Source: an uncultured Methanosarcinales archaeon (GTDB lineage: Archaea; Nanobdellota; Nanobdellia; Woesearchaeales; CAZKBD01). From it: a DNA stretch of 54,789 bases. A program made the position numbers and the translations under genes. Each line of letters starts with the position of its first letter. The stretch's first letter is position 1. The notes under the pieces were generated by a model. It was given only the letters and a program-made list of their open reading frames with translations. It ran no database searches and had not been told where the DNA came from. Of the stretch, positions 17,852-25,972 are shown one piece after another. The stretch is taken from positions 1 to 54,789 of the forward strand of contig CAZKBD010000003.1 of assembly GCA_964550945.1 (NCBI GenBank), read 5' to 3'.

Positions 17852-18214
17852 AGGGCAGGAATAAGCCACCTTCTGTAGGAACCTAAAAAACCCGTAGGTT
17901 TTCTTAGGTCCTAAAATCCAGTAGATTTTAGGAACCTTGTGCTTATATAGGATAAGCGATGCTCCTTCTTAGTATTTAACTAAGCCTCTTAAATAGAGTT
18001 GCACTGGTTAGGGCTCACCGTTTCATCCTTTCCTTTAAGAACGTCTGCTTGTTATCTTGCTTTTGTCGCCAAAAGCTTCGAGAGCATCATTCTCCTTAAA
18101 GGCGGTCTCGTTTCTGAGTGGTTGCCTTCCATTACTGGAACTCGTTAAGTAACCTTTTTGAAGTGGGTGGACTTTCCTCGGTTAATGAATAACCGGTAAC
18201 TAAGCTCCTGCCCT
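17852..18214 (-). ncRNA. rnpB: RNase P RNA
   Basis: P1 AGGGCAGGA/TCCTGCCCT; CR-I GAGGAAAGTCCACC pairs with CR-V ACAGAAGGTGGCTTA (P4); AGAAA and TGAAA conserved regions. Confidence 0.92.
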
Positions 18215-18231
18215 GCAGCTTTAAGAAATTA

Positions 18232-18579
18232 TTAGTGATTTATAAGCATTTCTATTTCTTTTGCTATATCCTTTGATTCTGAGACATTATATTTCATCTT
18301 CTCTACCAACCTTTTTAGTTGCGCAATTGTTCCCATAACAAGAACATCTGACTCAGCAACAGTACAATTTACAGCCCCATTGTTAACAGCAGCATCAGCT
18401 CCAACTGATAAAGCCTCTTGTTTCAGGATATTGGCCATAGCATTTCTTATTCCATAGAGTTTAATCCTTCTAAACCTGCCTTTTGGCAAAAGGATAGGCA
18501 TTGCTCCCTTATTCACACCAATTGCCTTCAGTTCTTTTTCAACATCTTCTTCTTTAACAAATTCAGCTTGTTTTTTCAT
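18232..18579 (-). CDS. Stand-alone domain resembling the N-terminal extension of some dihydropteroate synthases
   Basis: ELKAIGV...ANILKQEALSVGADAAV...VLVMGTIAQLKRLVEKM. Confidence 0.6.
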   Translation of the reverse strand: MKKQAEFVKEEDVEKELKAIGVNKGAMPILLPKGRFRRIKLYGIRNAMANILKQEALSVGADAAVNNGAVNCTVAESDVLVMGTIAQLKRLVEKMKYNVSESKDIAKEIEMLINH

Positions 18580-19336
18580 GTTTGTTCACCTTCATCAGGA
18601 AATACCCTCCAACAGCAATCATAAACAAATTCAAAATCTGGCCTAAAGTCAGACCAAAAATAAAGCCAATCTGGGAATCAGGAGCCCTGAAGAACTCAAT
18701 GAAGAACCTTAGGATCCCATACATAAATACGAAAAGCCATAACAAAAAGCCCTTGGCTAGCCTTTTCCCTTTAAGATTCCACAGAACAAAAAATATCAAT
18801 AGGTTTTTCAAGGACTCATAGAGCTGGGAAGGATGCCTGCATCCAGAATGACCCTTAAAATTAACGCACCAAGGAACATTAGTTTCTCTGCCAACAAGCT
18901 CACCATTAATGAAATTGCCTATTCGCCCTAAAAATAAGCCAAAAGCTAATGGGATAACCAAGATATCTGCAAGCTCAAAAAAATCAAATTTCTTCTTTCT
19001 GCAAAAAAACAACAAGGCTGCAATACCTCCAATAAATCCGCCATGAAAACTAAGGCCGCCGTGCCATACTGCAATGATGTCAATAGGGTGGCGCAGATAA
19101 AAGCTGAAGTTGTAAACAAGGATGTAAAACAAGCGGGCTCCAACTATCCCGCTAATAAGCAATAATAAAAATAGATAGTCAATATCATCTACGCTAAGAT
19201 TTATATCTTTCTTCTTGACCAGATGCTTTACCAAGAAGTAGGCTATAACAAACCCTAAGAGCCAGATAATGCCATAATATCTAACTTCCAAGGCACCAAT
19301 CTTGAACAGCACTGGATTGATATCTAAATAAAACAT
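18563..19336 (-). CDS. lgt: Prolipoprotein diacylglyceryl transferase
   Basis: RYYG, VGARL, GGLSFHGG, GRIGNFINGEL.GR, HPSQLYE and RFFIEFFR motifs. Confidence 0.95.
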   Translation of the reverse strand: MFYLDINPVLFKIGALEVRYYGIIWLLGFVIAYFLVKHLVKKKDINLSVDDIDYLFLLLLISGIVGARLFYILVYNFSFYLRHPIDIIAVWHGGLSFHGGFIGGIAALLFFCRKKKFDFFELADILVIPLAFGLFLGRIGNFINGELVGRETNVPWCVNFKGHSGCRHPSQLYESLKNLLIFFVLWNLKGKRLAKGFLLWLFVFMYGILRFFIEFFRAPDSQIGFIFGLTLGQILNLFMIAVGGYFLMKVNKHEKTS

Positions 19337-20092
19337 CTAACCACCTTTATCAGTTATTACATAAAAGTATATCCTATTGAAAGCCAAAATAAAATACAAA
19401 ACAAGCAAGGTTATAACAGAGAAAACCAAAGCATAGGCATTATAATAACTTGACATCCAATCGTAAAGAAACCGTTTCAATAAAAAACCGATTATAGAAT
19501 ATAACAAGAAAAATGCAGCAATAAGAAAAACACCAAACCCATAAACAGCTAAGTAGCTGTTTACTTTTGTAAAATGGTATGCTCCTTTCTTGATACTCTC
19601 CTTAATAGAAAATCCGTGAATAAAAAACGAATGGGTCAGGTTTAATAAAGGATAAGCCAGCATTACAAACAAAACAAAGATTATCCTGATTATGATTGTT
19701 TTGTATTCCTGCGATATAACAGAATATACTAATGCAGCTAAAGCAAGAAAAATAGCAAACAGCGAATTAATAATAATAAAATTCAGGCCAAAAAACTCAA
19801 GAAGCCCTTTTAAGCCAAACCTGATGTTCTTTACCACCTTGTTGATAAGATTTAGAATAACAAACTTGCAGAATGAATACACCAGGATGGCTAATAAATA
19901 ATAACCTAGAAGGACAAAGACAGCAGAAGAAGGGTTAATGAAATCTCTAATCAAAATGTTAAGCAAGCCAATGAAGAGCAGAAAAAGAAAGTCAAAAAGA
20001 GACATAAAAACAAATGAGAACGAATTCGTTTTTATATACTTAACAGTCTCTAAAATATCGCTTCTCCACCTCTTTTTTAGCTTATGTTCCAC
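19337..20092 (-). CDS. Multi-pass membrane protein
   Basis: About 6 hydrophobic helices; co-directional and abutting in the operon. Confidence 0.8.
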   Translation of the reverse strand: MEHKLKKRWRSDILETVKYIKTNSFSFVFMSLFDFLFLLFIGLLNILIRDFINPSSAVFVLLGYYLLAILVYSFCKFVILNLINKVVKNIRFGLKGLLEFFGLNFIIINSLFAIFLALAALVYSVISQEYKTIIIRIIFVLFVMLAYPLLNLTHSFFIHGFSIKESIKKGAYHFTKVNSYLAVYGFGVFLIAAFFLLYSIIGFLLKRFLYDWMSSYYNAYALVFSVITLLVLYFILAFNRIYFYVITDKGG

Positions 20093-21605
20093 TTAGTAAT
20101 GCCTCAATAACAGCCTTGAATTCAGCTTTCTCAGCTGGAAGGTCGCTTGAATCTTCATAAGCATTTCCAATCCTGTAATACTTGCAGCCAAACACAAATG
20201 TCGGGACAGTATTTTGAGGATTGTATTTTTTGAATACCTCTAATTCATCTTTAGGTATCGCCTTCTCAACTTCTGGTGTTAAAGTATCATCGCCAGCGTC
20301 AAGCTCCCAGTGATACGCAACTATGCTGTCCCCATATTCTTTAACAGTATCGTCAAAAGTAGTTTTGATCCATTTGCAACGAGGGCATGTTGTTGTTGAG
20401 AACAGCCTTATTATCGGCTTTCCGTTTTCAGTACAAACGTTATCTGAGGTTGTTTTGAATGTTTTTATAGCGGAAGCTGCTGTTGGCTTTGTGATAACCG
20501 CTTTGCTTCTCAATTGATCGAGATAACCGGTTATGGCTTTTCCCATATCTTCACTAACTAGCCTTTGTTCATCTATCCTTGCCTCTGACAAGCGCTTTTT
20601 TTCCTCTTGGTTTTTGTCTATTAGTTTGATTATATGGTAACCAAAGTCTGTCTTAACAACATCAGATATCTGGCCTATCTCCAAATCAAAAGCAGCGTCT
20701 TCAAATTCTTTGACCATCTGCCCTTTTGTGAAATAGCCTAAATCACCGCCTTTGATCTTACTGCCAGCATCTAAGGATTTTTCTTCTGCAATCTTAGCAA
20801 AATCAGCCCCTTTTTCCAGCTCTTCTTTTATTTTCTGGGCTTCTTCTGAGCTGTTCACTAATATATGGCTTGCCCTTATCCTTCCAGGCAAGGTTACATC
20901 AGTTTCAGCGAAAACTGTTTTGTTGAGGAGGTCACTTATGGTGATCTGGTTTGTGTAATATCCTCTTATGTAGTCAAGAGTGATTCCCTGGGTTTTTAGC
21001 TTGTCTTCAAACTCCTGAATAGTAATCTTATTCTGCGAAATTATGCTATTGATAATGTCATCTACCCTTGTTTCATCAACATTTATGCCCTGTTTTTTAG
21101 CTTCCTGCAACAGTAGCTTTTCATCAATAATCTGGTCTAAAAATGCTTCTTTTGTCATCACTAGCTTATACTGCGCTGGCAGAACTTCATACTGATTGTT
21201 CAATTCTTCCTGAGTTATTGGTTCGCCATTGACCACAGCAGCAACATCGCTTTCTTTTGCAGCTTCTTTTTTTGGGAATAAATAACTTATGTTAGCAATA
21301 AACAAGATGATTGCAATAATCACTATAAGAACGATAATTGTGGTTATTATCTTACCTGCCCTTTTTTTCTCTTTTTTTGGCTCTTCGTTGTTGTTTTCTG
21401 CCTTCTCCTCGCTCAGCTCGTTATTCTCTTCCTCTGTTTTTTCTGTCATGGTCTCCTTTTGGGCTTCCTTTTTCTCTTCAACTTTCTTTGCAGGCTTTTT
21501 TTTGGCCTTTTTCTTTGGCTTAGGATTATCTTCTTGCTCCTGAACTATCTCTTCTTCATCTTCTTTTTTCAGCTTCATAGTTTCCACCCTATCATCTTTT
21601 ATCAT
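20082..21605 (-). CDS. Membrane-anchored SurA/PrsA-type foldase with parvulin PPIase and C-terminal thioredoxin-like domain
   Basis: AAVVNGEPIT, IRASHILV, GGDLGYF..GQMVKEFE, TDFGYHII; C-terminal FSTTTCPRC...VPTFVFGC. Confidence 0.9.
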   Translation of the reverse strand: MIKDDRVETMKLKKEDEEEIVQEQEDNPKPKKKAKKKPAKKVEEKKEAQKETMTEKTEEENNELSEEKAENNNEEPKKEKKRAGKIITTIIVLIVIIAIILFIANISYLFPKKEAAKESDVAAVVNGEPITQEELNNQYEVLPAQYKLVMTKEAFLDQIIDEKLLLQEAKKQGINVDETRVDDIINSIISQNKITIQEFEDKLKTQGITLDYIRGYYTNQITISDLLNKTVFAETDVTLPGRIRASHILVNSSEEAQKIKEELEKGADFAKIAEEKSLDAGSKIKGGDLGYFTKGQMVKEFEDAAFDLEIGQISDVVKTDFGYHIIKLIDKNQEEKKRLSEARIDEQRLVSEDMGKAITGYLDQLRSKAVITKPTAASAIKTFKTTSDNVCTENGKPIIRLFSTTTCPRCKWIKTTFDDTVKEYGDSIVAYHWELDAGDDTLTPEVEKAIPKDELEVFKKYNPQNTVPTFVFGCKYYRIGNAYEDSSDLPAEKAEFKAVIEALLSGT

Positions 21606-21634
21606 AATAATCCATCACCTCTCCTTTTAGAACA

Positions 21635-21680
21635 GTCAGAAACCAAATGATTTCTGAGTACAACAAAAACCCAATAAGGG
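21635..21680. repeat. Double-hairpin element, degenerate copy 3
   Basis: GTCAGAAACCAAATGATTTCTGAGTACAACAAAAACCC. Confidence 0.65.
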
Positions 21681-21735
21681 CTATATTAAATGACATAACT
21701 AGTAGTAATATTTAAAGCTTTTGAAAAAAATAGAA

Positions 21736-22746
21736 TTAACAACTGCCTGTGGCAGTTGCGCTAGTCCCATCTAGCTTATTTTTGCATGTGTCTGGCTCTA
21801 CTTTGAAACCAGAGCAGATAGCAGTTTTATAACCGTCTGCTGTTCTTGCACCCTGATAGGTAACTCCATTTATTATCAGTGTAGGAGAGCCGCTAACACT
21901 AAACTCATCAGCAGCTTTAACATTTTCTGCTAACAGCGCCTTTCCTTCTTCGCCTTCTGAGCACTCTTTAATCACTTTTGCGTCCATCTTGTTATCTGTA
22001 GCGCATTTTTCCCATACTTTAGCAGCATTTCTGTAGTCATTATTAACACATAATATATAGTTAAAGTATTCCTTTGGATAGTGTTTCGCTGCACAAACCT
22101 GCCTTAGGTCTTCATCAACCTCAGCCTGCCCATGCAAGCTTGTAAACGTGCCATCTCCATTGTCGTTTGCAATGAAATTTAAGCTGAAATCAAACTTACT
22201 ACCCATAAGGCTAAGCACAGGAGCCATTGCTTTCTCTGCTATTGTCCCATAAGGGCATTGTGACATCACAAACAACTTTACATCAGCTTTGTCTTGTTTT
22301 GGAATCGAAGTAGCTTCTGGTGCTGGTGCCTGTTCAGGCACTTCATTAAGATCAATAGCATTTGGGAATAACAACGAGCCATCCTTTGTAACATAAGAGT
22401 CAAACGCCCTCCCGCTTATATCAAACTTCACATTGTATAGGCTGCCTTTGTCCTCCACAGATTTAAAGGTGGCAGTAGTGCCTGGTTGTAATAAATTATC
22501 ATTGATGTATTTTACGGCTTTGTCAGAAGCTTCTTTAGTTGTAATCTGGCCTACAACTGCGCCAGTTGCGCCACCAAACCTAAAACCATAAGTAAATATA
22601 GAAATAATCAGCAATAAACCAAGAACAACAGTTGCTATTTTCCAACTAGCGGATTTTGATATGGCTAGTTCAATTTTGCTTTCTTTTTGCTCAACTTCAT
22701 CTTTATTAGTATCTTGCATAGTTTCGTCTTCCATAATTTCACCCAA
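21736..22746 (-). CDS. Membrane-anchored thioredoxin-fold (DsbA/GILT-like) protein
   Basis: LFVMSQCPYG, SLHGQAE and VSGSPTLIING motifs. Confidence 0.8.
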   Translation of the reverse strand: MGEIMEDETMQDTNKDEVEQKESKIELAISKSASWKIATVVLGLLLIISIFTYGFRFGGATGAVVGQITTKEASDKAVKYINDNLLQPGTTATFKSVEDKGSLYNVKFDISGRAFDSYVTKDGSLLFPNAIDLNEVPEQAPAPEATSIPKQDKADVKLFVMSQCPYGTIAEKAMAPVLSLMGSKFDFSLNFIANDNGDGTFTSLHGQAEVDEDLRQVCAAKHYPKEYFNYILCVNNDYRNAAKVWEKCATDNKMDAKVIKECSEGEEGKALLAENVKAADEFSVSGSPTLIINGVTYQGARTADGYKTAICSGFKVEPDTCKNKLDGTSATATGSC

Positions 22747-22784
22747 ACTCTGCGAATAGCTTCCTTTTTATAAAGATTATGGTT

Positions 22785-23180
22785 TTAAGAACCTGACTTT
22801 TTCTTTTCATAGTCTTGGATTGCTTTGTGTAAGCCATCTGCTGCTAGATTAGAACAATGGACTTTAATGGGGGGCAACCCATCTAAGGCTTCTTTAATAT
22901 CATCCCTAGCTATCTTTTTCGCTTCTTCTAATGTTTTCCCCATAGCCAAATCAGTTATCATTGAAGAAGTGGCAATAGCTGCAACGCATCCAAATGTCTT
23001 TACTTTAATGTCTTTCAGAATATCTTCTCCTTTTTCGTTTTTGCCTACTTTAATATAAACCCACATAACATCTCCGCATGTAGGATTGCCAATCTTTCCA
23101 ATGCCGTCTGGGTCTTTTATCTCACCTAAATTATGGGGATTTTTAAAGTGCTGCATAACCTTCTCAGAGTACATTAACAT
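22785..23180 (-). CDS. iscU: Fe-S scaffold IscU/NifU
   Basis: YSEKVMQHFKNPHN, GNPTCGD, FGCVAAIA and KVHCS motifs. Confidence 0.95.
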   Translation of the reverse strand: MLMYSEKVMQHFKNPHNLGEIKDPDGIGKIGNPTCGDVMWVYIKVGKNEKGEDILKDIKVKTFGCVAAIATSSMITDLAMGKTLEEAKKIARDDIKEALDGLPPIKVHCSNLAADGLHKAIQDYEKKKSGS

Positions 23181-24328
23181 TCACCTTTAGTTAGCGGGCT
23201 TATCTTTCTTAGATCTTCCACGATTTTTGGAACTACTTTTAAAACATAATCAATCTCTTTTTCAGCATTATACTTACTCAAGCTGAACCTTAATGAGCCA
23301 TGGGCAACAGCTTTTTTCAAGCCAATCGCAGTTAATACATGGCTTGGCTCCAGGCTTTGTGATGAGCATGCGCTTCCTGTTGATACTGCAACCCCTTTCA
23401 TATCAAGATGCAACAACATTGATTCCCCCTCAATAAAATTAAAAATTATATTCACATTATTGCATAACCTCTTACTGCCTTTTGGTCCGTTTAACTGGCT
23501 GTTTGGGATTCTTAACAAACCTTCTATCAATTTATCCCTTAGTTTGGCCATATTGACAATGTCTTCGGCTTTTGCAATCTCAACAGATTTTGCAAAGCCA
23601 ACAGCTCCAGGAACATTCTCTGTTCCGGCTCTTTTCTTGAATTCATGGCTGCCGCCATCAATCAATCTTTTTATTTTAGCACCTTTCTTTATATATAGGA
23701 CTCCAATGCCTTTTGGGCCATGGATCTTGTGAGCGCTAAAACTCATTAGGTCTATATTTATTTTTTTTACATCAATTGGAACTTTTGTAAAGCTTTGTAC
23801 AGCATCTGAATGGAAATAGATTCCTTTTTCTTTGGCGATTCTGCCAATCTCCTCTATAGGCTCTATTGTGCCTATCTCATTGTTTGCATGCATTATTGTT
23901 ATTAAGATGGTTTTATCTGCAATTGCTTTCTTTAATCCATCTAAATCTACAATTCCATCTTTGTCAACGCCTATATAACTAACAGTAAAACCTTCTTTTT
24001 CAAGCTCCTTACATGTTTCCAGCACAGCATGATGCTCAATACTGCTTGTTATTATGTGATTGCCCTTGTTTCTGTTTGCGTAAGCTACCCCTTTTATTGC
24101 TAGATTATCACTTTCAGACCCCCCACTAGTAAAGATTATCTCTTCAGGCTCTGCGTTTATCTTTTTGGCAATAATGGATCTTGCATTTTCAAGCGCCTCT
24201 TTTGCATCCCTTCCAAACTGATGCAGGCTAGAGGCATTGCCATATTTTTCTGAGAAATAAGGCAGCATAGCTTTAACAACTTCCTTATCTGTTTTTGTTG
24301 TGGCGCTGTTATCCATATATATATTCAT
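23174..24328 (-). CDS. iscS: Cysteine desulfurase
   Basis: YMDNSATT, FTSGGSES, SAHKIHGPKG and STGSACSS motifs. Confidence 0.95.
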   Translation of the reverse strand: MNIYMDNSATTKTDKEVVKAMLPYFSEKYGNASSLHQFGRDAKEALENARSIIAKKINAEPEEIIFTSGGSESDNLAIKGVAYANRNKGNHIITSSIEHHAVLETCKELEKEGFTVSYIGVDKDGIVDLDGLKKAIADKTILITIMHANNEIGTIEPIEEIGRIAKEKGIYFHSDAVQSFTKVPIDVKKINIDLMSFSAHKIHGPKGIGVLYIKKGAKIKRLIDGGSHEFKKRAGTENVPGAVGFAKSVEIAKAEDIVNMAKLRDKLIEGLLRIPNSQLNGPKGSKRLCNNVNIIFNFIEGESMLLHLDMKGVAVSTGSACSSQSLEPSHVLTAIGLKKAVAHGSLRFSLSKYNAEKEIDYVLKVVPKIVEDLRKISPLTKGEC

Positions 24329-24630
24329 TTTTTTAGCTCCTTGCATGATTCGCAGCAATATTGTTTTACGTGTTTTTTTACCAGGTCCATTAAAGGGACG
24401 ATAGTGCCCATATTCAGCGAATAAATCCTATTTTTGCCTTCCCTCTTAGCATCCAAGAAATGGCAGCCGGTTAATTTTTTAAGGTTGTGGGATATCTTGC
24501 TCTGCTCTTCTCCTAAAGATTTGCATATCTCAGTTACATTCATTGGTTTTTTCTCCAGAAGCTCAATTATCCTGACCCTTAACCTGGGAGATATAGTTTC
24601 AAAAAAGAGATTATATGAAGGGCATTTCAT
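24325..24630 (-). CDS. ArsR/SmtB family regulator
   Basis: RVRIIELL...NVTEI...QSKISHNLKKL...REGKNRIYSL; Cys-rich tail; TTCATATGAA palindrome over the start. Confidence 0.9.
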   Translation of the reverse strand: MKCPSYNLFFETISPRLRVRIIELLEKKPMNVTEICKSLGEEQSKISHNLKKLTGCHFLDAKREGKNRIYSLNMGTIVPLMDLVKKHVKQYCCESCKELKK

Positions 24631-24791
24631 ATGAATAGTAAATCATAAGTTATATATAAGCTTTACTATTCTAGCAATAATGATCTCTAGCAAGCCTTTA
24701 AAAATTCGCATCAATTGCCCCAGTAAAATCTTATTCTCCACCAGTGTATCTCACTAGTGGATTGCTGTCAGTTATGTAATCAAAGGGAAAA

Positions 24792-24876
24792 TGAGAACAA
24801 GAAAATCGACCCGAGCGAAGCGAGCATACATACAGTCTATTGATTAGGGGTGATCGATTTTTTTTGATTGTTATCA
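24792..24876. repeat. Hairpin enclosing CGAGCGAAGCGAG
   Basis: AAAATCGA/TCGATTTT stem around a GA-GC-GAA-GC-GA mini-hairpin (24812-24824). Confidence 0.55.
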
Positions 24877-24980
24877 AGAAGAGAATTCTTTTAGCTAGGA
24901 GCGCTTTTTATTGTGTTGTATCTATATAGTGATGACAAAACAATAACATTTAAATACTGTTATAAACCTCCTATCCAATT

Positions 24981-25571
24981 ATGCAGGATAAATCCCTTAC
25001 TGAGCGTGTATCAACCGAATCCAAACCGCATGTTAGAAAAATCGACTTAGTTAGGACTCCAACCACCGCACAAGGATATATGCTTCCTTTTCCGAGAGAA
25101 CACGGGCTTGTCCCCATTTCTCAAGGATTCCATGGCAGACACAGCCATTTTGCTAAGGAAGTTGGTTTGTACAGGTTGGTAGTTGATGACAGTTATGCTC
25201 TTGATTTTAGCCTTCCGTTAGGAACAGCAGTTACTGCTGCCAAGGAAGGTAAGGTACTCGCTATTGTAACTAATGATGATTCTTACTACGAAGGTCTAAA
25301 CCCCGAGATAGGGTTAAGCATGCGGACAAATTATATTTTATTAGAACATGATGATGGATTCTGCACTCTTTATTCTCATCTTGCTAAAGATAGTTCAGTG
25401 GTGCGAAGAGGAGACGAAGTAAAATGCGGAGACGTTCTTGCGTATACAGGCAAATCCGGCTGGATTGGAGGGATTCCCCACCTTCATTTTGAAGTGTGTA
25501 CAGTAGTTACTAGACAAATGGATGGAATGAGGGTTGGAAGAATGAGCTACCCAGTAACATTTGACAATTAG
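24981..25571 (+). CDS. M23 family metallopeptidase
   Basis: SH...YALDF, GTAVTAAKEGKV, TLYSHL, GKSG...PHLHFEV. Confidence 0.9.
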   Translation: MQDKSLTERVSTESKPHVRKIDLVRTPTTAQGYMLPFPREHGLVPISQGFHGRHSHFAKEVGLYRLVVDDSYALDFSLPLGTAVTAAKEGKVLAIVTNDDSYYEGLNPEIGLSMRTNYILLEHDDGFCTLYSHLAKDSSVVRRGDEVKCGDVLAYTGKSGWIGGIPHLHFEVCTVVTRQMDGMRVGRMSYPVTFDN

Positions 25572-25631
25572 AGGGACTCATAGAAAACCTAAGATGAATT
25601 GTTTCTATCAATAAAGATGATGCTTCCTAAT

Positions 25632-25689
25632 CAAAGGCATTCTTTTAGCTTCAGGAGGCATTGACAGCCCTGTTGCCGCCTGTATGATG
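25632..25689 (+). pseudogene. Duplicated 5' fragment of the thiI-like gene
   Basis: 25632-25676 matches 27927-27971 at 42/45 nt; reads KGILLASGGIDSPVAACMM. Confidence 0.8.
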
Positions 25690-25786
25690 GAATTTCTGGT
25701 GATGGCACCCCTTTTTTCACAAGATTTAAATAGTATCTATGCATATTCATAGTATGTTACATATTGTATCGCCTATGTAATATAAT

Positions 25787-25972
25787 ATGAAAGCTCATAA
25801 TGACAAAATAATCAAATTTGTAAGGGAAAACAGGGTTGTAACCAGCTCTGAAATTGCAAAATATCTTGATGTTTCTTGGAATACTGCTGATAAATACCTG
25901 CTTGAATTAGTTGTTGAAGGCAAGCTCCAGAGAATAAAAAAAGCAGGAGTGAATCTATGGATGGCAAAATGA
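25787..25972 (+). CDS. Small winged-helix HTH protein
   Basis: VTSSEIAKYLDVSWNTADKYLLELVVEGKL. Confidence 0.85.
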   Translation: MKAHNDKIIKFVRENRVVTSSEIAKYLDVSWNTADKYLLELVVEGKLQRIKKAGVNLWMAK

